Shown: positions 30,241 to 41,719 of the stretch, piece by piece
Layout: every line of letters begins with the position of its first letter
Position numbering within the stretch: the first letter of the stretch is position 1
From: the human T2T-CHM13v2.0 reference genome, Homo sapiens
Reading direction: 5' to 3' (one strand)
Length of the DNA: 64,000 nucleotides
NCBI RefSeq assembly: GCF_009914755.1
Contig: NC_060929.1
Translations under genes and position numbers: made by a program
Notes under the pieces: model-generated
Databases searched by the model: none
What the model saw: the letters and a program-made list of their open reading frames with translations, nothing else
What the model was told of the DNA's origin: nothing

Positions 30241-30680
30241 ATGTGTTTGTAGAATATGGCTTGTAGAAGAGGCAGGGCAGGGAGGTCAAGGCCAGGTGGA
30301 TGAACTGACTAAGATGATTAAAGAGCGTGGTTGACATACAGAACCACATGCATCAGGCTACAGGCATTGGAGAGTCACTGACGTTTCTATCCAGAGGAGA
30401 ATAGGATCTGTTTGGCATTTAGAAATATCATAAGGATAAGTTTCCATAAGGAGGATGGTGTCCAGCAAGGTTTGGTGATAGGAAGTCCATTTCAGAAACA
30501 ATAAGGCCAGAACCAGGCCTTGGTGGTGGAGGTGGAGAGGTGGAGAAGGCTGTGGGAGGCACATAAGAAATAGAATTGACAGTTCTTATTGAGTGACTGG
30601 CTGTAGAGAACTAGGGAGAGAAAAAACTTAAAGTTATGCCCAGTCTCCTGGTCAGGCAGCCCAGAAGGAGGGAGGCAATG
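29860..30680 (-). mobile_element. L2 fragment(s)
   Basis: ccaggcaaaggatacagcatgggcaaaggcagggaggcatgaga, aggcattggagagtcactga and gactggctgtag are antisense L2 motifs. Confidence 0.6.
30195..30238. repeat. (GT)22 microsatellite
   Basis: Perfect dinucleotide run. Confidence 0.98.
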
Positions 30681-30938
30681 GAATCTTTCTCAACAGTGGA
30701 GCCTGGGGAACCTGGGGCCGTCCACGTGGCCATGCCCATGCCGTAGAGGGGGTAGGGGCTGGAGGTAGTGACTGAGTTGCAGAGAGATGGTAATAGAAGC
30801 CTTGGAAAAGAGGCCACCCCAAGGCAGGTTGTGTGTGTTGGTGGAGGGGGTGGGGGTAAGGTAGAGGTCACAGGAGGTTTAAGGGGCTCATTAAGGGAAG
30901 CTCTTCTGTCTGTGATTTGTGTGAGAAGCATCAGGAGC

Positions 30939-31437
30939 TGCAGAGTAGCAGAATATGCCACCCCAAAATATGCTACTTTGGCATAAGAGTTATTTTGAAC
31001 TAAAGACATTTAAAAAACAGAAGGTGCAGGAAGGGCACTGTGGCCTCCTCCTTTCTTCCTGAAAGGGGGAGAAGAAATTTCCTTGTGAAAGGTGCCGTTT
31101 TTATACCAGGCAGAAGAAACATTCTTATCACCAAAGACAAGGAATCGAGGCAAAGAGAATTCCAAACACAGAGACCTTGTCAAAATCACTCTCCTACCTT
31201 CCTTCAGTCTCCTCATATATCTTAGTTACTTTCCCACAACTGTCTCTCTTTGCTCCACCGAGGATATTAGCACTTAGGTTTGCCACTTCTTTGGGTCTTC
31301 ATTTCCTTGTGAGGGTTCCCGTGTCACCTAAAACTTATATTTACACCTTCTGCTTTTCTCTTGTTAATCTGTCTTTTGTTACAGAGCCCCAGCCAAGAAC
31401 CTAAGATGGATAGAGAAAAAAGTTTTCCTCCCCTACA
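30939..31437 (+). mobile_element. MER34-family (ERV1) solo LTR, apparently full length
   Basis: TG...cagaatatgccaccccaaaatatgc start; tgcttttctcttgttaatctgtcttttgtta...ttcctcccctaCA end. Confidence 0.75.
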
Positions 31438-31989
31438 AAGGCAAGGATAGAAAGGCTGCTCTATGGCATCAGGGATGCTTCTGTTTTGAAATAAAATGTA
31501 TAGAAGCCAGAAAATATGTCCTTGGTTCTTCTCCCCAGAGACTGCACTGGACTCTGTTGCAGGCTTTTCCCTCCTAAGCAGAGGGCGGACACTCCAGGGC
31601 AGAGGGCGGAGATGCAGGTCTCACTCGGATCCTATTTCCATCAAGCTGCATAAATTTCATCATCAGCTCAATCCCACCATCACGAGTCTCTCTTGCCTGA
31701 GAGAGGAATTGACTTTTACATGCATTCTATCTTGTTCAGCAAATGGCTGTTAACTTGCCGGAGTGCAAAGTCCTTTCCTGTGCCCTGGTGTGAGTTCTGA
31801 CTTCCCTGGGAACATGCGTAGAAACAGTTAACCCCTTCCTGTCAGTTCCACTGCGGCCCTGAGGATGTTGGATGTTTACCAACAGGGCACGAATGTGAGA
31901 CAGTCTATCATTAACTTAGGAGAAGTCTTCAGATCCCCATTGCTTCCAGGAGGAAGAATAGGGAGAAATCAGAAGACTTCACAGGCTGC

Positions 31990-32150
31990 AGACAGTGGTG
32001 GTCAAGAGTTCAGTGGTCACACTGACTTCCCTCTCATTAGCCGTGTACCCCTGGGAAAGACGCTCCTTGCCTCTGTTTACTTATCTGCAAAATGGGGAAC
32101 AGTGCTTTCTACATCTCAGTGTTGTTAAGAGAATTTAAGTGAGTATATTT
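31990..32150 (+). mobile_element. MIR SINE
   Basis: gcctctgtttacttatctgcaaaatgggga core. Confidence 0.65.
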
Positions 32151-32196
32151 CTTATGGGAATATAAAATGTACTAAGAGTTTTAAGGTGGGCAAATA

Positions 32197-32276
32197 TTAG
32201 CCTGGTGCAAAAGTAATTGCAATTTTTGCCATTACTTTCAATGGTGAAAACCGCAATTACTTTTGCACCAGCCTAA
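32197..32276. mobile_element. MADE1 (Hsmar1-derived 80-bp MITE) with TA TSD
   Basis: TA|ttagcctggtgcaaaagtaattgc...gcaattacttttgcaccagcctaa|TA; exactly 80 bp and nearly palindromic. Confidence 0.95.
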
Positions 32277-32439
32277 TAAAAAAGGAAGAACTGACTGTAA
32301 ATTAGCTGAGTCATCTGGACAACAATGCTGAGAATATGAACTTCCAAAGCCAATTGTGTGTGTGTGTGGCTTCTTTAATATCCAAGTCCAAGCCATTCCT
32401 AATTCAAATGCTTAAGAGTTTCACAAATATATAGATTTT

Positions 32440-32819
<380 letters not shown>

Positions 32820-33289
32820 CTATTTTTTTCCTTAGCCAGATTCCTATAGTCATTTTTCTTTCAAATTTGTAGGCAGTTAGAAAACTAGAAGAAAATGAAC
32901 AAGGGAGAAATTACATAAAGAAGCTCATTATGGTGGGGAAAAGATAAAGTGGGTGATTAGAACTGGACACTCAGTGTCTAGGCTGAGTCTACCCCTGATC
33001 AGTCTCATGTCTCCAGACAAGAGCCTGGAGTCAGAAAAATTATAGCTGGAAAAGGCTTTTGAAGCCATGATATCCAGCTGCCTCCTTCAGGACAGGAGGG
33101 AGAGACTGAGGCCCAGAGAGAGGATACAAGCTTTCCTAGGTGGCCTCGTCAGCAAGTGGCCAAGCCGATACTCCACTTCAGGTTCAGATGCTCTGGCTCT
33201 AAATGGGGCGATTGATATGTAGCCTCCCTAGCCTTCAGGCTGTATATCACAATTGTCAAATAGTTTATTAACTACACAAGCCTCAAGGG

Positions 33290-33605
33290 CCTCAAGTGTG
33301 CTCTGAAGACACGCATGCTGAGATCTGAACTTTGGCTGCAGCAAGTACTAGCCGTGTGAACTTGATCTTAAACTTTCTGAGCTTTTATATTCTCATGTAC
33401 AGATTCAACGAGATACATACAGATAGGATAATAACAGATGGGATAATGCAAACAGATGGGATAATATATACAGATGGGATAATAATATGGGCCTACCGCA
33501 CCATATAGTCAAAAGGACAAAATGAAATCCCACTTACAAAGCACTTAACACAGCAGCTGACACGCAGAATCTGCTCAAGGGATAGCTGGTGTTTTCGTTA
33601 TTGTT
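33290..33605 (+). mobile_element. MIR SINE containing an internal 15-18-bp tandem repeat
   Basis: ctagccgtgtgaacttg...gggataataata...aaagcacttaacacag...tgctcaa. Confidence 0.6.
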
Positions 33606-33619
33606 ACATGTAACCTGAT

Positions 33620-34030
33620 TTAATGAATATTTGCTGAGTGCTTACTTGAGTCCAGGGCATGTGGTGTGTAGCTGGGAATTCAGGGAGGGGAAAATCTGAC
33701 CCTAACTTGGAGAAAAGGGGATGGTGGAGAGAATAGTACATAGTTCATGCATGGCAAATTCTAGAGAGAGAGATCTGAGAGTAAAAGGGAGTGAGAAGAG
33801 AGGGAGTACTTCTAACTGGCAAAGTCAAGAATGGCTTTCAGAGGAATGCGGTGTTTGTGATGGCCCTTGAAGGATCTGTAGCTTTGGGGCAAGTACATGT
33901 ATTTGGGGTAGGTAACTGTGGTTGCTTAAAAAGGGTAATTTCAGGTAAAAGGAACAGCATTGATCAAAGGCATGGAGGGTGAAAACAGCCATGGCAATAA
34001 TGAGAAGTTTCAGGCTGGTTTGGATGCTGT
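33620..34030 (-). mobile_element. L2 fragment
   Basis: aatatttgctgagtgcttac...caagaatggctttcagagga...ggcccttgaagga...caggtaaaaggaacagcat. Confidence 0.65.
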
Positions 34031-34074
34031 TTGCATGAATCAGTGCCGATTCATGCAGCCAGGGTCTGCAATGG

Positions 34075-34565
34075 AGCAGTTATTGTCCTGTCTGCCCTAT
34101 ATCCAGTCTCCCCCACCCCGCCCGCTGCTCTGGTCACTACATTCTGCTTTCCCTTTCCTCTCTGTGTGCCTGTGGTTCAGGTGGGGCTGACTCTGGCCCC
34201 TAGAAATAGTAATTGGTTCAAAAGTGGAAACATGACCTGTGCTGGGCCAATGAAGATCTTCCCTGGGACTTTTGCTGGACCTCTTGGGAAACAGGCTTTC
34301 TGTTTCCATGGGGGTTTAGCTAGTAGTGTGGAAGCTTGGAGCTGCTGGTTTCCATCTTTGCCACCACTTGGGACAGCTGCATAGAAGTACCCCCACCACA
34401 GAGGAGAACAGGACTGAACTCTGGAGAAGAATTCTGGTGGTGTTTGCGAGATATGATGCCAGCTGTACTCTAGAGCTTTCAGTTGTGTGAGGCAGTAGAA
34501 TCCTCTTTTTTTTTTCTTTTGCTAAAGCCTATTTGTATTGGTTGCCACTAAAAGAATTCTGATTG
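34075..34565 (+). mobile_element. MLT1J/K-like MaLR LTR
   Basis: taattggttcaaaagtggaaacatgacc...gccaatgaag...gctttcagttgtgtgag...gctaaagcc. Confidence 0.6.
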
Positions 34566-34579
34566 AAAAATAATATTAA

Positions 34580-34820
34580 TAACAACAGCAGTTGGTTTCT
34601 AGTGAGCATTAATTACATGCCAGGTGGTGTTTTAGGAGACTTATAAGTAATAATCCATTACTCTCACAAACAACAGCAGGTGCTAGTTAAAATCCCTCTT
34701 TTACAGGTAAGAAGCACTAAAGCCCAAAGAGGACAAGTAACTTGCCTGATATCTCATAGCTAGTAAGTAGTGGAGCTGAGATTTGAAGCCATGGCATTTA
34801 TGCTCTTACCAGCTATGCTA
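34580..34820 (-). mobile_element. MIR SINE
   Basis: tttacagg...aagtaacttgcc...gctagtaagtagtggagctgagatttgaa. Confidence 0.7.
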
Positions 34821-35583
34821 TATTAACCCCCAAGATTGGCACAATGGTTTCCTTCAATGAACCAGTGGTCCCTGGATCCTTCACGCTCTGATTCTGCCCA
34901 ACTCACCTTATTTGTAGCATGTTATTCTGAGTGTAAGAATGTCCACGGTTACCACCCTTTCTTTAATAGTCTTAACTGCAGTAGAAAATTTCATAGAACT
35001 TTGATTTTTAGTCTTAAAGCCCTTTGCCCTTTTTCTCCCAGGAGGCCTAATAGGTCTTTATGAACAGGGGACCCCCAGTGGCCACTCAAAATGCCTCTCT
35101 CCAAATGTAGGTTTACACCACAGTGTCCCCACATTATCCTACTCAAGAGTTTCCTGCTACAGCCATGCATGACTCTCCCACAAGGCTGAAAACTTTAAGG
35201 ACATCAACCTTAACACAATCTGATAACTGCAGACAACCCGAGTAAAGTGGTTGTTTGGCTATAATGCAGTGAGCACTTCTGTGCCAGGTACTGCCATCAG
35301 CACTTTCCAGGCATCAGCTCTGGATTTGAACCTGTCTGCCCCTACATCCAGTGCTCCAACTTCATACTGAACTCCAGATCACAAAAATGTCCACGGAAAA
35401 GCACAGCCAGAATAATGAAATAGACTGTCTTCTTTTAGAAGCTGAAGGGAAATAAATTTGAGTTTGGGACACAGAAAAGGAATCTGAGATCGTAAACTGT
35501 GGCTAGTAAATGTGCAGCCCACACTAGGAACTGAAGTTTCATCTAAGTGGGATGAAATTGAGGATATTTCATGTGAATGGAAT

Positions 35584-35637
35584 GGGAGGGGAGGGGAGGG
35601 GAGGGGAGGGGAGGGGAGGGGAGGGGAGGGGAGGGGA
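35584..35637 (+). repeat. (GGGGA)10 pentanucleotide tract
   Basis: Perfect polypurine repeat of G4 runs. Confidence 0.97.
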
Positions 35638-35681
35638 TGGAATCAAAGCTAATCAAGTCAAACTGAAAATGATGACAGAAA

Positions 35682-35904
<223 letters not shown>

Positions 35905-37792
35905 AAAAGTGCTACTCCAGTGAACACACAAATAAAAAGAAAGTGAAACAGCCTTATTGCTGTTATGGAGAAAGTTTTACCAGCCTGGATAGAAGACCAA
36001 ACCAGTCACAATATCCCCTTAAGTCAAAGCCTAATCCAGCACAAGGCCCTAACTCTCTTAAATTCTATTAAGGCTGAGAGAGGTGAAGGAGCTTTGGGGA
36101 AAAAAAGTCAGAACCAACCGCTGTGGTTGGTTTATGAGGTTTAAGGAAAGAAGCCACCTCCAAAATAAGAAAAACAGCAAGTGCTGATGTAGAAACGACA
36201 GCAAATTATCCAGAAGATCTAGCTCAGATCATTGCTGAAGGTGGTAACACCAAACAACAGATTTTGGCTATAGACAAAACAGCTTTGTATTGGAAGAAGA
36301 TGCCATCTAGAAATTTAATAGCTAGAAAGGAAAAGTCAATGCCTGGCTTCAAAGCTTCAAAGACAGGCTGGCTCTCTGGTTAGGGACTGATGCAGCTAGT
36401 GACTTTAAGTTGAAGCCAATGCTAATTTACCATTCTGAAATTCTCAGGGCCCTTAATAAATATGCTAAATCTAACCTGTCTGTGCTCTATAAATGGAACA
36501 ACAAAGCCTGGGTGATAACATGTCTGTTTACAGCATGGCTTACTGAAAATTATAACCCCACTGTTGAGACCTACTGCTCAGAAAAAGATTTCTTTCAAAA
36601 TCTTACTGCTCTTTGACAAGAGGCCTGGTCACCCAAGAGTTCTGATGGAAATGTACAAAAAGATTAATGTTGTTGTCATACTTACTAATGCAACATCCAT
36701 TCTGTAGTTCATGAAAAAGGTAGTAATTTTGACTTTTAAGGCTTAAATGGCATTTTATAAGGCTATCGCTGCTATAGATAGTGATTGCTCTGGTCAATCT
36801 GGGCAAAGTAAGTTGAAAACTTTCTGGAAAGAATTTACCAGTCTACATGGTATCAAGAACATCTGTGATTCACGGGAGGAGGTCAAAATATCAACAGGAG
36901 ATTAAAAGAAGTTGATTCCAACCCTCATGGATGACTTTGGGGGTTTTGAGACTTCAGTGGAGAAAGTAACTGCAGATGTGGTGGAAATAGCAAGAGAACT
37001 AGAATTAGAAGCGGAGCCTGAAGATGTGACTGAATTATTGCAATCTCATGAGAAAACTTCAACAAATGCGAAGTTGCTTCTTATGGATGAGCAAAGAAAG
37101 TGGTTTCTTGAGATGAAATCTACTGCTGGTGAAGATGCTGCGAACATCACTGAAATCACAACAAAGGATTTAGAATATCACATAAACTTGGTTGATGAAG
37201 CGGCTGCAGGGTTTGAGAGGACTGACTCCAATTATGAAAGAAATTCTACTGGTGGGTAAAAAATTATCAAACAGCATTGCATGCTATAGAAAAATCTTTC
37301 ATTAAAAGAAGAGTCAATCTATGTAGCAAACCTCGTTGTTGTTTTATGTTAAGAAATTGCCACAGTCACTCCAGCCTTCAGCAACGACCACCCTAATCAG
37401 TAAGCAACCATCAACACAGAGGCCCTACTCCACCAACGAAAAGATGATGACTCACTGAAGGCTCAGATGATCATTTAGAATATCACGTAAACTTAGTTGA
37501 CAAAGCAGCTGCGGGGTTTGAGAGGACTGACTCCAATTATGAAAGAAGTTCTAGTGGTGGGTAAAAAGTTATCAAACAGCATTGCATGCTATACAATGTT
37601 TTTAGCAATACATACTTTTTGACTAAAATATGTACCTTTTAGATATAACGCTATTGCACACTTAATAGACTACAATATATTGTAAACACAACTTTTACAT
37701 GCATCAAGAAACCAAAAGCTTTGTGTGATTCACTTTATTTCAATATTGTGGTGGTCTGGAATCAAATCCACAATATCTCCAAGGTATGCCCG
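35905..37792 (+). mobile_element. Tigger1 DNA transposon with its 5' part missing; decayed transposase
   Basis: aaaagtgctactccagtgaacac... Tigger1 body; peptides KPMLIYHSE..RAL..YAKS.L.VLYKWNNKAW (ORF 36410-36616) and [26 protein letters not shown] (ORF 36912-37259); right TIR aatatctccaaggtatgcccg|TA. Confidence 0.92.
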
Positions 37793-37999
37793 TATCTATG
37801 CACATGTATATAGATATGGATATAGCTAGATATAAATTGAAGGGGGGTTTCATAAAATAGTATTGATCCATACTACCCAGAATGTACTCTATTCTCTAAT
37901 CTATATATTTTATTCTAGTCTAATCTTATTTTAATTACTTTAGTCTTGAACATATTAAATTAGTTTTATTCCCCTTGAGTAGGTTGAACTTGTAATACG

Positions 38000-38200
38000 G
38001 AAAGCCCTGTTCTGCTGGAAAGGGCTCTCGGCGGGCCTGAGGTTGAATCCCAGTACTTCGTATATTCCCTATGCAACTTTATGATCTTTCAGAGTCTCAG
38101 CTGCTGCATCTGTAAAATGAGGGTGATACCTCCTCTGCCAGGGCCTTGAAAGGGACAGATGGCATTGCACCTGTAAAGGTCCCAGTATAGTGGGATACTG
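38000..38200 (+). mobile_element. MIR fragment
   Basis: ggttgaatcccag...catctgtaaaatgaggg. Confidence 0.6.
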
Positions 38201-38744
38201 AGCAAGAAGTCCTTAGCATCACCAAACTGTAAGAGCTACGTTTGACCCAATGCAATAAATCCTGATTCTCTTAACATCAAGGAAAATGGAAGGGGGAGGA
38301 AACATTCCCACTTCTCTCGCCTCTCTGTCTTAGTTCCTCTTGGTGCATGGTGGCCAGTCCAGCTGAAATGTGGCATTTCCAGCACAGGAACCATTGTTCA
38401 TCCAGGTTATGGTTGGAGGTTCATGTTCCCCAGGCATTCCTCAGGCTGCCCTTCTGCCCTGGGATCATTTCAGAGAAAAGCAGCGTCTCAGGTAATTAAT
38501 CACTGTGAGCCAGGGCCTGTCTGACTCATGTCAGGGAGCAGGCAGCATGCCAGGGAGAAGCCATTATTCAGGATTAAAAAGCTCTGACCTGCCAGGGAGC
38601 AGAAAGACAAGCCAGCTGCACAAGCTAGAAAATGGTCTGGTAAAACATTGAACATAAAAAGGAGCAATGGAGACCTAAAGAGATATCCAAGGCTATGGAC
38701 TCAAACAATCTTCTTTCCAAGTGTTTTGGCCATTTGTTCATCTG

Positions 38745-38920
38745 CTAACCCATCCATTCATTCATTTCAATACAAGTGGGCACCCGTCATGTTTTCCAGC
38801 CCTGCTCAGGCTCTAAGGAGACCAAATGAATAAGATGGAGCCCCTGCCTTTGAGGAACTCACAGTACAGGGGGCCACAGAGGGAAGTGAACAGTTATGGT
38901 GTATCAAGATGAATGGCACC
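38745..38920 (-). mobile_element. L2 3' end
   Basis: cattcattcatt...aatgaataagatggagcccctgcctttgaggaactcacagt. Confidence 0.7.
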
Positions 38921-38925
38921 ATGGC

Positions 38926-39810
38926 TTGGCTATCATGAATAAAGCCTCAATGAGCATGGAGTGCATATGTATCTTTGGGATACTGATTTTAATTCTTTCA
39001 GATGTAAATCCAGAAGTGAGATTTTTGGATCATATGGTAGTTCTATTTTTAATTTTTTGAGGGACCCATACTCTTTTCCATAGTGTTTGCACCATTTTAC
39101 ACTTCCATCACTATGCAGAAGAGTTCCAATTTCTCCACAACCCAAATGTCCATTAACAGACAAATGGATAAAGAAAATGTGATACAGAGCCAGGTGCAGT
39201 GGCTCATGCCTATAATCTCAGCACTTTAGGTGGCCGAGGTGGGAGGATCACTTGAGGCCAGGAGGTCGAGACCAGCCTGAGCAACATAGAGAGACATCAC
39301 TACTAAAAAAAGAAAAAAGTGATATATACATACAATGGAATATCATTCAGCCTTAAAAAAGAAAGAAATCCTACCATTTGAGACAGCATGGATGGATCCT
39401 GAAGACATTATGCTAAGTGAAATATGTTAGTCACAGAATGACAAATATTGGATGATTCCATGTATACGAGGCATCTAAAATAGTCAAAATATAGAAGCAA
39501 AAAGTAGAATGAGGGCTGCCAGAGGAATGGAGAATTGTCGTTCATGAGTACAAAGTCACAGACAGCTAACAGTACAGTATTGTACAGTTAAAAATTTGAT
39601 GAAGATAGATCTCATGTTAAGTATTCTTACCACAAAAATAAATAAATAAAAGCAAAGGGACCCAAGGAAACTTTGATGTGATGGATATGCTTATTGCCTT
39701 GATTGTGGTGATGGTATCACAGGTGTTTGGCAATGTCTAAACTCACCAAATTACATACACTAGATACCTGCAGTTTTTGTATATTGATTATACCTCAATA
39801 AAACTGTAAA
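38926..39810 (+). mobile_element. L1MA/MB-type 5'-truncated L1 with a 5' inversion (38926-39139 inverted, 39140-39810 forward)
   Basis: The minus-strand piece encodes the ORF2 C-terminal motif LKKLKIELPYDP.I.LL (ORF 38933-39163). The forward piece caacccaaatgtccat...aatggataaagaaaatgtg runs to tatacctcAATAAA. Confidence 0.85.
39188..39318 (+). mobile_element. Alu left monomer (FLAM-like) inside the L1
   Basis: Single monomer plus A tail; TSD-like aaaa(t/a)gtgata. Confidence 0.85.
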
Positions 39811-39975
39811 ATTCTGAGACGGTAGAGAAGGAAGAAGTGAAATTATTACATGCCAAAGTTTTTATTACATCAAGACAAATGATAAAATATGTTATCCTGA
39901 TATTTGCAATTACAGAAAATATATTCAATTGTATGTTCTGTACTTTGCAAACTTTCTCACAATGAGAAAGTTTAA

Positions 39976-40277
39976 GGTCAGGCACGGTGGTTCACACCTG
40001 TCATCCCAGCACTTTGGGAGGCTGATGTGGGAGGATCGCTTGAGCCCAAGACTTCAAGACAAGCCTGGACAATGTGGTGAAACCCCATCTCTACAAAAAA
40101 AAAAAAATACAAAAATTAACCAGGCATGTTGGCACATGCCTGTAGTCCCAAATAGTCAGGAGGCTGAGGTGGGAGGATCACCTGAGCCTGGGAGTTTAAG
40201 GCTGCAGTAAGCCAAGATTGCGCCTCTGCACTCCTGCCTAGGCAACACAGTAAGTTCCTGTTTCAACATGAAAAAAA
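39976..40277 (+). mobile_element. Alu (AluJ-like)
   Basis: ggaggatcgcttgagccca...aggctgcagt; TSD-like aaagttta. Confidence 0.92.
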
Positions 40278-40519
40278 GTTTATGTCAGAAAAATAAACAG
40301 TAACTGCAAATATTAAAACATTAAAACAGAAAAGCAAATGATTACTCTCATACTTTTTAACACTCTGTATCATTTATCCATGTGCTAACAATCTGCCAGA
40401 ACTTTTGTATATCTTGATGTTTACTTTTTTCGCTGCCATTTAACCAGATTGCATGATGATATAAACCTTAAATCATTCGGGGTGAGGTGATGAATAGCAT
40501 AGAGACCATGGGGACCCTG

Positions 40520-40920
40520 CGGATGGGGTGACTGTCTTGTTCTAAGAGAACAGTGGAAGACAAGATTATCAGGGGAGAAGAAAGAAAAGGGGAAATCCAG
40601 GCAGAAGGAACAGCCCAGGCAAACTTGAAGGAAAGCCGGTGACCCGAAGGCAGACTGACAGAGATGGCGTTTGAAAGGGAGTCCAAGGAAAAGGTGGCTC
40701 AGGAAAGAGAGGTTGGGGGAAATTATGAAAGACTCTGAAGGGCAGGCTCAAGGACATCAGCTCCACCTTGCAGGCAATAGGGATACATCAAAGGATTTGT
40801 AGGAGGGGGTGACAATGCCAGATTTGTGATTTATAAAGAGTCTCCAGAGCAGAGGTGAATGCACTAAATAGTTTGCAGACAGGGAAATCATTGTGGATGC
40901 CGTCCAAATAGGAGAGTATG
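40520..40920 (-). mobile_element. L2 fragment
   Basis: ccaggcagaaggaacagc...gcaggcaataggga...aggggtgacaatgccagatttgtg. Confidence 0.6.
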
Positions 40921-40928
40921 AGGAACTA

Positions 40929-41271
40929 GGGAAATTTGAACACTGACTAGATATTTGTTTATATCAAGAAATTGGTGTTAATTTTTTCAGATTTTAAATT
41001 TTTGTGCATATGTTTTTAAAAAGTGAGTCCTTATATCTTAGAGATATATTTATGAATGAAACGATATGCTATCTAAAATGTTTTTCAAATCATCTGGGTA
41101 TGGGGGTACAGGACTTTGAGTGGAAGTAATAGATGATAGATGTAATAGTAATAGAAGTAATTAGCTCTGAGTTGATCATCACTAAAGCTGAATGGTAGAG
41201 GTACATTGAAGTTCATTCTATTATGGCTCTACTTTTGCTTATGTTTGAAATCTTCCATAACAAAATGTTTT
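40929..41271 (+). mobile_element. L1ME/L1MC-type 3' end
   Basis: gggaaatttgaacactgactagatatttg...gagtccttatatcttagagat...atgtttgaaatcttccataacaaaa. Confidence 0.75.
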
Positions 41272-41329
41272 CAAGATAATGAAGACTTAATGGAGAGAAG
41301 ACAACAGAGTGCTAAGATATCTAGAGTAA

Positions 41330-41500
41330 CTATTCTGTTCCAGAGGGCCTTGTGTGTATTCATTACCCTCACAGGCACAACCGTCCTATGACCCAGACAG
41401 TATTAATGTGCCCTTTTAACAGATGAAGAAACTGAGGGTCAGAGTGTATGGACCATACTTAATGCAACACCGGTACCAACTGGTGGAGTGAAGATGGTAA
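41330..41500 (-). mobile_element. MIR fragment
   Basis: acagatgaagaaactgagg core. Confidence 0.65.
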
Positions 41501-41719
41501 CCCAGTCGGCGTCACAGCGCTCGCTCTTTCATATGCTCTAGGTTATGGGCGTGACACAAACTGTCACTGCTTGGTGAAGGCCTGAGTTGGGAAGAGAGAC
41601 ATCACAGTGAAGAAAAGGATACAGGCAATAATGTAATAAATTATACAGTTATGTCAGAAAACGAGAGAAATAAAGGAGAAAAAGTACATAAAAACTGCAG
41701 TGGCAGGAGATAGACTGGG

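Noticed and set aside
36410-37259. Tigger-like ORFs as a domesticated transposase gene (TIGD1-type)
   Set aside because: The reading frame is broken into short pieces by stops and frameshifts, and the 5' part of the element is missing. It is a decayed Tigger1 copy.
39840-40440. AT-rich sequence around the Alu at 39976 as a possible old DNA transposon
   Set aside because: I could not identify termini or a family with confidence; it needs a Dfam search.
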